DNA of 64,000 nucleotides from Vibrio sp. Of7-15 (GCF_022347565.1 NZ_JAKRGH010000025.1:1-64000); one strand, 5' to 3'; counted from the first letter of the stretch, positions 19,646 through 30,248 are shown. Numbers and translations: made by a program. The notes: generated by a model from the letters alone, not told the origin.

Positions 19646-20179
19646 TTAATAATGCAATTCACCACGGTAACACTCATAATGCTTTACCTTTCGCTCTACA
19701 CCAGAAGTATACGCAGTGACCTCCGAGATATACTGGAACCCTGACTTTATCATCACCGCACCAGATTGGGGGTTATGAAGTAAATGCCGGGCGTACAACA
19801 TGGGAAGATTGAGGGTTGTAAAAGCAAAATGCACCAAGGCCTGGCTGGCTTCTGTACAATACCCCTTACCCCAATAAGGAACGCCTAACCAATACCCCAG
19901 ATTACCATCCGTCTGAGTCATTTCCGTTAAGCTAATGGTGCCTATCAAGACACTGTCTTCTTTTCTTTCAATTGCAAATACGACGGCTTGGCGAGCAAAC
20001 CATAACGTTTGATGGGTCTCAATCCACGCCTCTGCCATGCCATCTTCATAGGGGTGAGGGATATTAGCCGTCATTTCGGCAATAAGCGTATGACCCGCTA
20101 ATGTCTGTACCTGTTTGGCATCTTCAAGTGTAAACGGCCTTAATCGTAATCTTTCTGTTTCAATCGTGGGCTGTTGCAT
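19646..20179 (-). CDS. GNAT family N-acetyltransferase (RimJ/RimL-like)
   Basis: GYWLGVPYWGKGYCTEASQALVHFAF is the motif A/B region. Length is 177 aa. Confidence 0.8.
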   Translation of the reverse strand: MQQPTIETERLRLRPFTLEDAKQVQTLAGHTLIAEMTANIPHPYEDGMAEAWIETHQTLWFARQAVVFAIERKEDSVLIGTISLTEMTQTDGNLGYWLGVPYWGKGYCTEASQALVHFAFTTLNLPMLYARHLLHNPQSGAVMIKSGFQYISEVTAYTSGVERKVKHYECYRGELHY

Positions 20180-20193
20180 CTATTCATTTCCCT

Positions 20194-20697
20194 CTACTCA
20201 AAATGACGTAAATCACACGTTAATTGCAACCTATCTTTATGTTGAATACCGTTTTCAAAAATAGGATCTTGGTAATGTTCCAAAAAGTAGTTTTTCACAA
20301 CGGACTCTACCCGAAAGCCTTGTCGCTGATAAAAAGCCAACTGATGGCCAAATGTCCCTGTACCCAGCTCCACAGTTACAATTCCTCGACTTTTCAATGT
20401 TTTTAGAGTGAATCTTAATAACTGAGCACCAATCCCTTTGCTTTGTAACGCTGGAAGAACCGCAATGTTCGCCAACTCCACTGTGGTATGAGAAAGTGGA
20501 CAAATAAGGCAAACACCGATCACACATTGATTTTCTATGGTGGCAAAACACCACGATTTATTAAGGTAACGTTGCACACTACATACCGATGGGTCGGCTT
20601 CTAACAATAAAGCCATTGGTACTTGTTCTGGTTCTATTTCAGTGAAAACCAAACTATCCCTCTCATACTTCATCCAGTTTTTTATCGTAGCTGGCAA
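20194..20697 (-). CDS. GNAT family N-acetyltransferase
   Basis: ALQSKGIGAQLLRFTLKTLKSRGIVTVELGT is the Q/RxxGxG/A motif. Length is 167 aa. Confidence 0.75.
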   Translation of the reverse strand: MPATIKNWMKYERDSLVFTEIEPEQVPMALLLEADPSVCSVQRYLNKSWCFATIENQCVIGVCLICPLSHTTVELANIAVLPALQSKGIGAQLLRFTLKTLKSRGIVTVELGTGTFGHQLAFYQRQGFRVESVVKNYFLEHYQDPIFENGIQHKDRLQLTCDLRHFE

Positions 20698-20998
20698 TAA
20701 TCACGGTACTGGCAACCGACTTTTGAAAGTACTGCTCTTTTATTTTGAGATACTCGGGATGGGCAAAGAACTGCTCCATCGCATGACGATCTTTAAAAAA
20801 GATAGTAAAAACCCGGTTAATATCCTCACTTCCAAGTGGCAATAAAACCTCAGACACTTTCCCATCAAAACCAAAACCACCGCCATAGCTTGCTAAAATT
20901 GGTGTCATGGCTTCTCGATACTGTTGATAAACTTCGCTATCAACCACATTCAAGCCCACTAACATTTCATAAGACATAACTAATACCCCCTGTGCCAC
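20663..20998 (-). CDS. DUF1330 domain protein
   Basis: A 111-aa protein with a dimeric alpha+beta barrel-like pattern typical of DUF1330 (VLVMSYEM...YREAMTPILASYGG). Confidence 0.6.
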   Translation of the reverse strand: MAQGVLVMSYEMLVGLNVVDSEVYQQYREAMTPILASYGGGFGFDGKVSEVLLPLGSEDINRVFTIFFKDRHAMEQFFAHPEYLKIKEQYFQKSVASTVIIASYDKKLDEV

Positions 20999-21325
20999 GT
21001 AAATACCTTCACCACTAACCTAACACGAAATCAAACTACCCTTTGATATTTATAATAAAATTATTTAAAAATGAAGAAGGCAAACAAAACTGTGCGTTCA
21101 AACACCTTTCATGTAATAAATGAAAGTAAGTCTTTACTTGCGCGATTAAGATAGGGAAATGACGAATATTTGAGGCTAAAAACAATATTAAGGTACAAAA
21201 AACAATCATAAAATAACCAACTCGATCTATTTTATGCCCTATGAAAAATAGGTACTTTTCAAAAATGATCGCTCCTGCACCTTTACTAATTGGATCTCAA
21301 AAGTGAAGATTTAGTGACGACTAAC

Positions 21326-21934
21326 CTACATGTAAGCCGAATCAATGGATGAAGTGATCAGCTCTTCATAGATCTCTTTTTGCCCTGCGGGAATAAGTTG
21401 CCTTAATACTTCTTGTCGTTTTGACTTATCGAACAAGCGTTCAGCCATCCAACCAATTAAGTAGATAGCAGATAAACACCCACCAGCGGTCGCAACATTG
21501 CCATTAACCACCAATGGCTTATCTTGCACATCTTCTCCCATGGCTTGTAGCGCTGCTTTGGCGTCTGGGTGAGTGGTTATTTTCTGACCCTTTAACAAAC
21601 CCAACTTAGACAAGATAAAAGATCCTGCGCACATAGAACCAATTAACTGAGTTTCAGGATGTAAACGAAACGACGACATAAACTCCTTATCTTCAAGAGC
21701 CATAGGGACTCCTTTATAACCACTGGTAAATAGAACAACATCAGCGTCATTGGCAGCAGATACATGACCATCCGTAGGTACCTTCATCCCCAATGTTGAG
21801 GTATGTACCTCTTTTGTGCCTAAAACCTTTACTTCCCAATCCGGTTTGGTTCGGCCAAGAATATCTCGCATCAGGAAAAAGTCGATATCCGTAAATTCAT
21901 CAAATATCACAATCGCCACAGTAACCACATTCAA
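21326..21934 (-). CDS. DJ-1/PfpI family protein
   Basis: Nucleophile elbow SMCAGSFIL. Length is 202 aa. Confidence 0.8.
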   Translation of the reverse strand: MNVVTVAIVIFDEFTDIDFFLMRDILGRTKPDWEVKVLGTKEVHTSTLGMKVPTDGHVSAANDADVVLFTSGYKGVPMALEDKEFMSSFRLHPETQLIGSMCAGSFILSKLGLLKGQKITTHPDAKAALQAMGEDVQDKPLVVNGNVATAGGCLSAIYLIGWMAERLFDKSKRQEVLRQLIPAGQKEIYEELITSSIDSAYM

Positions 21935-22228
21935 TTCCTTAACTTACAGAATAAACACCAAATTTATCATGCCATCAACACATTAAAGGTCGGTACTGTC
22001 ATGTTCTGAGATATTGTTTTTTAAATTTTTCTATTAGAAACATCAGGGGCATTCGAAAACATCCATCGCTTTTATGACTCTTTATTCTCCATTGCTAAGT
22101 TCTACTGTCGTATCCTTACCCACCACTAAACCTCTGATTTATAATAATTTAATTAGGTTTAGTGATGAGACTGTGTACCGGAATTACCTTGATATCAGAA
22201 CAAATGCCATTTTCTAATCCGAGTAATA

Positions 22229-22256
22229 AAAAAGCCGACTCAGTGCCGGCTTTTGG
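22229..22256. terminator. Hairpin terminator after the membrane-protein gene
   Basis: AAGCCG-N8-CGGCTT, followed on the minus strand by TTTTTTATT. Confidence 0.5.
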
Positions 22257-22324
22257 TTAATTGAATTCGTGATGCACAGGATAGAACACCTTTTATTATT
22301 CTACCCATGCTCAATGTGTCTAAA

Positions 22325-23110
22325 TTACTGCTCGACTTTGCTTATTTTCCCTGTCCCAACAGCCATCTGTTTTTCTTCTTCAGTATAAGGGCGGCATGAC
22401 ACGTCATAGACTTTTTGATACCACTGAAAGTACTTAAACAATGAGCGTAAGTTTCTAAAATAAACACCATAGCCTTTTGCATAACATGCCCCATCCTGTT
22501 GAGGGATATTCGCAAAAACATCTTCTTCAGGGTAATAAAGAGAGGGAAAAAAGTGGCTGGCCTCTATTTTATAATACTTACCGTTATCCGCTTGAGTACT
22601 GCAAGGTAAAGAGGTACAGCCCGTAAATTGATACTGTTCACCAGCTTCAATTTCTTGCTTACCCGTTGTATACACTAGCTCTTCAAATTGGGTACCATAA
22701 AAGTAACTGGCGATGACAGCAAAGTAGCCCGCAATGACTACACCACTGACACAACCTCCTCTTATACCCAAACGTCGAGAAGAAAAACGAAGTTCATTGT
22801 CTTCCTTATTACTCCCTTCTGGTACAGGCTCAAAAGCCAACCAAATTACAGCGGCTTTAAGCCAACGAAATACTCGATTACGCTCGCTAAAAACATCCTT
22901 TAGCCACAAAAAGGGGCGTAATAATACATCACGAATGGACGCAAAAAAGCGGAGCACACCAGCAATCGCAGTAACCAAAAATGAGGCGTTTTTATGTACT
23001 GGCTCAGGAGGCGGGGAGTTGTCGGCTACCGCTTGCTGAGCACGACGTAGCAGCTCATCTCGATCTAGATTAGTCTCATTCTCTTGCTTCATGGTGTGCC
23101 CTTCTTTCAT
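22325..23110 (-). CDS. Hypothetical integral membrane protein, last gene of the ClpB-like cluster
   Basis: Hydrophobic helices (SFLVTAIAGVLRFFASI, AVIWLAFEPV, VSGVVIAGYFAVIASYFYG) and a Cys-rich C-terminal soluble part. It is 21 bp downstream of the AAA+ gene. Confidence 0.5.
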   Translation of the reverse strand: MKEGHTMKQENETNLDRDELLRRAQQAVADNSPPPEPVHKNASFLVTAIAGVLRFFASIRDVLLRPFLWLKDVFSERNRVFRWLKAAVIWLAFEPVPEGSNKEDNELRFSSRRLGIRGGCVSGVVIAGYFAVIASYFYGTQFEELVYTTGKQEIEAGEQYQFTGCTSLPCSTQADNGKYYKIEASHFFPSLYYPEEDVFANIPQQDGACYAKGYGVYFRNLRSLFKYFQWYQKVYDVSCRPYTEEEKQMAVGTGKISKVEQ

Positions 23111-23131
23111 TTTTCAAGTTCTAACGACGAA

Positions 23132-25375
23132 TTAAGCCGGATCTAATACTGACGGTACGCCGGGAGCAGAAATATCCAGCTCTTTTGTGGTAGTGTCGTA
23201 CTTAATCACCATTTCTCCTTCCGCATTTGGCGTTTGAAGAAGCGTATTCGCCACCGCAGGCTTAATGCGTGTGGTGATGTAACCAGGCAAACCACGCGCA
23301 CCAATCGCTGGCACATAGATATCTTGACAAATATCGGCCAATGTTTGGTCGCTAATATTAATGTGAATGTTTTTACCACCAGCCTGAATTTGATGATTCA
23401 GTTTTTCAATTTCACGGCGAGCAATTTTTTCCACCACCGCAAGATCCAAGCGATTGAAACACACAATATTTTCACGACCGTTAAAGCGGTTCAAGAACTC
23501 AGGGCGATACACTTCATCCAGCTCTTCCATTGTTGCACTCACGGCTTCATCAAAGGTGAGGCTTTCATCTAGGAAGTTAGGTTGACCAATGTTAGTTGTC
23601 ATCAGGATAATGGCTTCACCGAATGATACCGTTAAACCACGGTTATCGGTTAAGCGACCATCATCAAGCACTTGAAGTAGTACGTTAAATACATCTGGAT
23701 GTGCTTTTTCCATTTCATCAAAAAGAATGATAACACGAGGGTTTGCACGCATTGAGTTGGTTAAAATTCCTCCCGCTTCATAACCTTCATAACCAGGAGG
23801 AGCACCGATCAGCTTCGCCACACCGTGTTTTTCCATGTACTCGGACATATCAAATCTAAGCAGGGCACGCTCATCATCAAACAAAGCCGCCGCCAGCGCT
23901 TTTGCTAATTCAGTTTTACCCGTACCCGATGGGCCTAAAAACATGAAAGAAGCTTGTGGTTTTTCAGGATCTTTTAAGCCTACACGCGCAACTCGTACCG
24001 CGTCTGCTAATTGATTCACGGCATGATCTTGACCATACACGCGAGAATTTAATACGGAATGTATTTTAAGTAATTTACTGCGTTCGTCTTGATTCAACTT
24101 ATCTGTTGCAATACCTGAAATGGCACTGAACTTCGATAATACGCTGTCTGTATCTAAAGACAAATTTGCATTAACTTGCGCTGTCAGCTGATCAAAGGCC
24201 GCTTTATTTTCTTGTACATAGGCTTCCATTTTCGTAATGTCAGCACGAATTTTACTGATCGCTTCCGACTCAAATCCAGCGGCTAATGAAGCAGAAAATG
24301 AACGGAATTGGTTAACGGTTTCTGGCTCAGCTTTTTTCTCGCCTTTTTGTTGTTCGATTTCTTGCTGTTTTAGCAACGCTTCTTCAAGCTCCAGCAGCCC
24401 TTCTTCACCATCACGTTGATTTTTATAACACTTACGCAATTGTTGTTGAACCGCTTGCCATTGCTCATGTTGCTGGCTAATTGCCTGAATAAGCTCATTC
24501 TTTTTCGCTAATAGCTGCTCAGCAGGTACATGCGTAAGTTCGCTGGTTTCATCTCCAGCTAAGGCGCTTTCAATCTGGCTCAGCTGTTGGTTTAATTCGG
24601 TTAATGCCGCTGGTGAAGCATGAGCTTGCTGACGGTAAGTTGTCAACGCACGGTCAAGTAAGTTCAAAGTACGCTCAGGCTGAGCACGACTTAAACTCAT
24701 TTCTCGTACACGATACTTATTGGTTAAATCGATAGCGGTATTAATCGCTTCTGCACTGATTTTGATTTTATGGTGCTGCTCTAATCGTTTGCTGGTGGTA
24801 GTAATGATGTCAAACAAAGAATCATCCGCCGGCTCTTTAATGTCGAGCATGGTGTAATATTCACGCATATCTGAGTGACATTTCAACACGACTTCTAAAT
24901 CTTCATCACGTGTTTCAAAAATAACCTGAAACTTACCTAAACGAACGTCTCGTACTAAGGCATTGATAAAGTTGGTGCAACCATTATTACGGGCTGCTTC
25001 AATAAAATCACGCGCGTCTTCAACAATCAAAATCGCTTCCGCTGAGCGCCCTAGCGTTCGCAATAGCTTTTGAAAGTGTTCATTCATGCTGTTTGGATCG
25101 CCCGATGAAAACAAACCATCGGTATCTAACCAGTAAAAACGTTTATTAATAATATCGAAAGACGCATGCTGGTCGCTTTTGCTGGCTTGCAAGCCTAAAC
25201 ACAACGCAGAGCAGCCAACACCGCCTGTACCAACCAATAAAACACTGTTGGCTTGCTTACGCATTAAAATACCCGTCAGCTGCTTTAATTCTTTATCACG
25301 GCCAACCAGTTGAAAATCTGTATGTTGGGCTAGCTTATCACGCCCACGAATTAAGTAGTTATGTTGTTGTGGCAT
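23132..25375 (-). CDS. ClpB/ClpV-like double-AAA+ ATPase with a degenerate D1 Walker A and a long coiled-coil middle domain
   Basis: D2 is intact: GPSGTGKT (Walker A), IILFDEMEKAH (Walker B), MTTNIG (sensor 1) and the VYGQDHAV signature. D1 reads LLVGTGGVGCSAL, with Cys where the Walker A Lys normally sits. About 200 aa of coiled coil separate the modules. Length is 747 aa. Confidence 0.75.
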   Translation of the reverse strand: MPQQHNYLIRGRDKLAQHTDFQLVGRDKELKQLTGILMRKQANSVLLVGTGGVGCSALCLGLQASKSDQHASFDIINKRFYWLDTDGLFSSGDPNSMNEHFQKLLRTLGRSAEAILIVEDARDFIEAARNNGCTNFINALVRDVRLGKFQVIFETRDEDLEVVLKCHSDMREYYTMLDIKEPADDSLFDIITTTSKRLEQHHKIKISAEAINTAIDLTNKYRVREMSLSRAQPERTLNLLDRALTTYRQQAHASPAALTELNQQLSQIESALAGDETSELTHVPAEQLLAKKNELIQAISQQHEQWQAVQQQLRKCYKNQRDGEEGLLELEEALLKQQEIEQQKGEKKAEPETVNQFRSFSASLAAGFESEAISKIRADITKMEAYVQENKAAFDQLTAQVNANLSLDTDSVLSKFSAISGIATDKLNQDERSKLLKIHSVLNSRVYGQDHAVNQLADAVRVARVGLKDPEKPQASFMFLGPSGTGKTELAKALAAALFDDERALLRFDMSEYMEKHGVAKLIGAPPGYEGYEAGGILTNSMRANPRVIILFDEMEKAHPDVFNVLLQVLDDGRLTDNRGLTVSFGEAIILMTTNIGQPNFLDESLTFDEAVSATMEELDEVYRPEFLNRFNGRENIVCFNRLDLAVVEKIARREIEKLNHQIQAGGKNIHINISDQTLADICQDIYVPAIGARGLPGYITTRIKPAVANTLLQTPNAEGEMVIKYDTTTKELDISAPGVPSVLDPA

Positions 25376-25450
25376 AAGGGATCTCTTTAAACAAACAAAG
25401 TAGAAAATAGCCCCAGAAAGGAGCTATTTTTAGGGAGCTAAACAGTTAGA

Positions 25451-27142
25451 TTAAAAGCCAAATGGGCTCTTTTCTGCTTGCTTTTGTGGTTGTTCCGCTT
25501 GTTTTTCATCATCAAACTTTCCAGCCGTAACGTCAGCGGCAACCGAGATAGAGTCTTGTACGCTCTCTTGTACGTCTTTTGCTGTGCTCTCTAAACGGCT
25601 TAATAGATCTTTCGTTTCAAGCAGACCATCGCGGGTAATGCCTGTCGCTGTTTCAATCACTTGGCCATATTGCTCTAAATCTTCAAGTGCTTTGCTCAGC
25701 TCATTGTTTTGCTCTTGTGTACCAAGGGCAACACGGATCACTTCTTTTTGGCCTAAGTTAGAAGTGGTTTGCTGCATACGCTCAAGGGACATACGCGCCA
25801 TTTCTGACGATTCGCCCAATGCCGCAGAAGACACTGCTTGCAGTACCGTGCTCAGCTGATCCGCAACGCCAGCGACGCCCGAGCTGTGCAGTTGGCGTGT
25901 TTTAGAAATTTGCTGATCATTGGCATCCTGCATCGACTTGATTCGGTGGCCTGAGCCCGTTAGCTCCGCCAGTACTGACGTCGTATCAATCGCCGAGTTA
26001 CCTAACGATTTAATGTGGTTTTCCAGATCACGCTTGTGACGCTCACGAGTCATACGCTCGATGTCACCTTCTGACTCTCCGCCTGGTTGCAGCGTGTCAC
26101 GTAATGCTTCGTTTTGAGCATCGGCTTCTTTAGTCGCATCGTTAATGATGGCGTACATTTCACGCATGCTGAAGTTTGCCTCATTAAGGTTCTCGATCTG
26201 ACCATTCATCATGTCAAAATGCTCAGAAACCGTACCCACTCGAACTTCCGTTGTTTCAATAAAGTCTTGCGCCGCCGTGACTAAAGCTTTTTGTCTGTCT
26301 TTGTGCTCGTTAGAAGAGATATCAAGCAGCTCGCGTAGTTTAGCTTTTTGAGCCGCATACTCGCTCAGGCTGGACTCTTTTGTTGGGTGTTGCGGAGTAT
26401 CTGCGATAGTTTGAGTTAACTGGGCTAACTCTTGGGTGTGTTTGTCCATTTCCATTTGTAAAAGCGCAATCTGTTCGCGCGATTTACGGGTTACATTACC
26501 AAAACCAAACCATGACTTATCTTCACCCAGTTTAGTAATGTACTTTTTCTTCTCATCCATCAGTGATGTTAGAGAAGATAGTTGCTCTTCTTGCTCGGCG
26601 CGCAGTGCAGCCAACTCAGCTTCGGCCTCTTTATCTTCAGCGATTTCTCGGAATACATCAAACGTCACGCCATTCATACGTAGGGTATATACCGCGTCAA
26701 CGATGTCGGTTAGTGGAGAGATCTTATCTTCAAATGACATCAACGCAGTATTGATGTCATCGTAAACGGTTTTTAGCTCAGAGAATGCACCAGTATCCGT
26801 TAGGGAAATGATTTCTTGTGCCATGCGCTTACGTTCATGCTGTAAGAATTCTTTGAATTGGTTGAATTCTTCCAGTTTCTCTTTAGCTTCGTCTTTGTTA
26901 TTACTGAACGTCAATGCTTTTGAAACGGCATTCTTCTTGTCCGTTGGCGTTAAGCTTGGATCTAAAATAATCCCATAAAATGTGTTCGCCTGAATATTGG
27001 CAAACTTTTGACTGCTCTCTTGCTGCGCTCTGGTCTCTGATTTTGAATTACTAGAGCGACGCTTCGACGTATTGACTGCCTGCTCTAACACGTTATTCAT
27101 TTCATTGGACTGTTTTCTTTTTTTACTCGAATTAGATGACAT
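25451..27142 (-). CDS. Hypothetical coiled-coil protein (possibly TelA-like), first gene of the cluster
   Basis: A 563-aa protein dominated by heptad-like acidic/Gln-rich segments with no TM and no nucleotide-binding motifs. The TelA/KlaA-like assignment is only an impression. Confidence 0.4.
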   Translation of the reverse strand: MSSNSSKKRKQSNEMNNVLEQAVNTSKRRSSNSKSETRAQQESSQKFANIQANTFYGIILDPSLTPTDKKNAVSKALTFSNNKDEAKEKLEEFNQFKEFLQHERKRMAQEIISLTDTGAFSELKTVYDDINTALMSFEDKISPLTDIVDAVYTLRMNGVTFDVFREIAEDKEAEAELAALRAEQEEQLSSLTSLMDEKKKYITKLGEDKSWFGFGNVTRKSREQIALLQMEMDKHTQELAQLTQTIADTPQHPTKESSLSEYAAQKAKLRELLDISSNEHKDRQKALVTAAQDFIETTEVRVGTVSEHFDMMNGQIENLNEANFSMREMYAIINDATKEADAQNEALRDTLQPGGESEGDIERMTRERHKRDLENHIKSLGNSAIDTTSVLAELTGSGHRIKSMQDANDQQISKTRQLHSSGVAGVADQLSTVLQAVSSAALGESSEMARMSLERMQQTTSNLGQKEVIRVALGTQEQNNELSKALEDLEQYGQVIETATGITRDGLLETKDLLSRLESTAKDVQESVQDSISVAADVTAGKFDDEKQAEQPQKQAEKSPFGF

Positions 27143-27969
27143 TTATTTTCCTAATCAGCAATGCTGAAGTTCAATATAGGGAATAGGTTCTAAATCCATG
27201 ACAGCCAGCTTATTGATGAGACTATAATTGCCAAGGATGTTTCAAATAGTAACAGGTAAAAAGGGTTGCAATCTCACCGAATAACTAGACAAAACGAGCT
27301 TTTTATATCGATAAATAAAAACAGCCCCTTAATAAACGAATTCTTAACGGAAAACTCCCTGTTTATGTAGCGTTTCACCTGTTGTAACCACTATTACAGG
27401 TTTACCTACTTGTGTAAATCTGGGGAATATTAAAGGCTGTCTGCTATCACAAATTTGATATGGGGATAAGATTTTAACCATTATTTTGACAGGATATTTA
27501 GTTTTATTGCCTTAAAAATAAAGAATGAAAGAAGAATAACACTAGGTGAAACAAAAAAACCAAAAGTCCATGTACATCAATAATATGACTAAAACCCACC
27601 AATAATGACAAAATAGTCATTAACGAGCTATTCTCAGTGGTCATCAGCTAGGCTAAAAACAAACTTTTTACCTTATTAAGCTCAGAAATGGAAAGTGAAT
27701 GACTATTTACATAAATGATTTAAAGTCAATTTAATGACATTAAAATTAGTAAGAAATATTGCTGCAAGCATGGAGAGTGGTAGCAACCATCGTTTTAAAT
27801 GAAAGAAAGAGAATTTCTGCAAAGAGAAAAATACATGGGAAAGTAATAAGCCATTTATTATGCAGAAGGACATGCATAAACGGTGTAAATAGCAGGCCAA
27901 GAGTAAACTTATTCTAAATACTTTAAGGCAGAGCCATGTAACAATGACTCTGCACAAATCTCTGACAAA

Positions 27970-28947
27970 TTAGAACTGATAAATCATACCAACACCAACT
28001 GATTTGTCACTTTCATTAAAAAAGGCGATATTAGAATTTCTTTTTTCGTACCCTAACGTGCCGACAAAAGACCAATCATCCCAGCCCAACATGTCTTCAT
28101 ATTGGTAGGTCAAAGTCGCATCATAGCTATTATCTGAACGCTCTTTACTAAATACAGGATGAGCAGCATCATAGTTACGATGAGCATACCCCATTGATAG
28201 CGAGATCTGATGGTTCTCGACAAATGTATGGAAATTCACCCCAACACCAACCTTATGGAACGCACTGGCTTTACCTTGGGCATCATAACGAAGGTAAGAT
28301 AGGCTAGGCTCTACATAAATGGCTTCAGCAGCTTCAAAAATAGCACTGCCTTCCACGGCATAAGATTTAGCATCCCGTTTTAATAACGCTTGCTGCGACT
28401 GAGATAAGTTCAGCCCAGACTGTTCCTTGTCTATCTCGGTATCTGCAAAGGCAGCTTCCAGTGATAATGGCATACCGAAGATATTTTCGGCCATCATCCT
28501 TATTCCATGTGTGCTCGCTTTAGATTTGGTCCGCAGCTTTTTATTTATATATGGGTCACTGTATACCTCACCACTGCCTATGGCAGGCAAATACGCAAAG
28601 CCAACAACCGTCCCATTATTAAGCTCTGTTTTATAACCTAGTTGGAACAACGATACCCCTTCAATGAGATCGTCTTCTGCAAGACCAGCATACACCTGAT
28701 GATCGTGCTCTTGGCCAAACGTATAATGCAGTTCACCAATCGGGCCCAAGCTACTTCCAGACGATTTATCATTTCCGGGCCCTGAGTGGTTTTCATTGCT
28801 CGGATCCATGTTAGATACACTACTAGAGTAACTCGTCACCACCCCAATATAACCACCAAAACCCTCATCAATGGCTAAATCAGCGGCCGCAGACACAGAA
28901 AAAAGAGAAGTAGAAGCCGCCATTAGCATCATAGGTTTAATATTCAT
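27970..28947 (-). CDS. Outer-membrane beta-barrel protein
   Basis: Signal peptide MNIKPMMLMAASTSLFSVSAAADLA, alternating amphipathic beta-strands, and a C-terminal aromatic residue (…MIYQF). Confidence 0.65.
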   Translation of the reverse strand: MNIKPMMLMAASTSLFSVSAAADLAIDEGFGGYIGVVTSYSSSVSNMDPSNENHSGPGNDKSSGSSLGPIGELHYTFGQEHDHQVYAGLAEDDLIEGVSLFQLGYKTELNNGTVVGFAYLPAIGSGEVYSDPYINKKLRTKSKASTHGIRMMAENIFGMPLSLEAAFADTEIDKEQSGLNLSQSQQALLKRDAKSYAVEGSAIFEAAEAIYVEPSLSYLRYDAQGKASAFHKVGVGVNFHTFVENHQISLSMGYAHRNYDAAHPVFSKERSDNSYDATLTYQYEDMLGWDDWSFVGTLGYEKRNSNIAFFNESDKSVGVGMIYQF

Positions 28948-28965
28948 AATAATTCCAATATTTTA

Positions 28966-29982
28966 TTAATTAGGTAAAAACTCAGTGACGAGGTTGTGAT
29001 CCAGTAGCTCATTTTTTTTCATAATATGAATATCATCAAAATCGGCAGCATTAATGGTGTAGAAATAAAAATCACTGCCATTAATAAGGATCTCATTAAA
29101 ATAAGTAATTTGTGACCAGTGGGCTTTATCTGATTCATTCAATAAATTGGCAGGTTTATCCCCTTTACAGCACCAAGAATGCACACCCAACTTGGCACCG
29201 CTTTGGTATTGGCGCACCTTTCCCGCAGCAAAAAGATCCACACCGCCAGAATACGCTTCACCTGTGGAAGAAATGTAAGTATTTAAGCCCGCATTTCTAA
29301 TCAGCCTACCTGTGTGCATATTAATGTCGTCATTCAACGAGCCCGGAACAAAATCAAACTCCAACGTTTTCACTTCTGGGTGCTGCTCAATCAGATCCTT
29401 AATTTGAATATAACTTTTTGTTCCTAATACCCCCGACAACACGGCTTTATTACCTTTCACTTTTAGCTCTGAATTACCTGCCTCAATAAAGCTGTCGTTA
29501 AACACGACTTTAACCCATTTCGAACTTTCCTCCTTTTGATCGTACAGATAGCCGTTAAATATCTGGTTACCCGCTTGATCTTCAAAGATCTTTATTCCCT
29601 TTTTTTTGCTATAAAAAGTAAGCGGCAGATTATGAAAGGAAGAGTCGTTGCTAGGTATGGTAAACACCACGTTTTCAGCTCTTGACTCATTCGTATTAAC
29701 TTCAAAGCGAATTGATTTATCATTGCACTCAGCGGTCAAATCCAGCATATCATCGCCAAAATCTAACTCGGTCAATGACAATGGGCAGGATTCACCGTCT
29801 ACCACCAACCTATTTCGGGCAAACTGTTTTTCAAATAACTTGATATAGCTCGATACTTTATCTGGCGCAATATGGTGTGTTTCAGGAACGCTGCTATTGC
29901 CAAATGCTAAGCCGTGAATAGTGGTTCCGAGTGCCGCAACAATAAAACCAGCCACTTTATTTTTATTTATAGGTAAAAGCAT
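28966..29982 (-). CDS. Hypothetical secreted protein
   Basis: A signal peptide (VAGFIVAALGTTIHGLAFG) on a 338-aa protein. Confidence 0.5.
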   Translation of the reverse strand: MLLPINKNKVAGFIVAALGTTIHGLAFGNSSVPETHHIAPDKVSSYIKLFEKQFARNRLVVDGESCPLSLTELDFGDDMLDLTAECNDKSIRFEVNTNESRAENVVFTIPSNDSSFHNLPLTFYSKKKGIKIFEDQAGNQIFNGYLYDQKEESSKWVKVVFNDSFIEAGNSELKVKGNKAVLSGVLGTKSYIQIKDLIEQHPEVKTLEFDFVPGSLNDDINMHTGRLIRNAGLNTYISSTGEAYSGGVDLFAAGKVRQYQSGAKLGVHSWCCKGDKPANLLNESDKAHWSQITYFNEILINGSDFYFYTINAADFDDIHIMKKNELLDHNLVTEFLPN

Positions 29983-30248
29983 ACTTCGCTCTGCGTGTAG
30001 TTTCGATGAACACTACTTTACAAAGCAAGCATGTACGCTTATACACCTAGGTCGTCAGGCTTTGTATAGAAAAAATACAAACTCGTACAATCAATTGAAG
30101 TTAGACGTATTAAAAATGATCTAAAGAAAATGAGAGGCTTTGACAGAATAAATGTGGAGTGTAATAAATAGAATTTTCCGATGTGACACTTATTTAAAAC
30201 CGGAGGGATGTAAGATACCACCTCCGGTATGTCTATATTACAGTAGAC

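Noticed and set aside
23132-25375. Calling the AAA+ protein ClpV (T6SS).
   Set aside because: No T6SS structural genes are in the window and the N-domain does not resemble the ClpV VipB-binding N-domain by eye. It is left as ClpB-like of unknown role.
27703-27957. 84-aa ORF in the AT-rich spacer.
   Set aside because: Its hydrophobic, low-complexity translation is typical of an AT-rich frame artefact.
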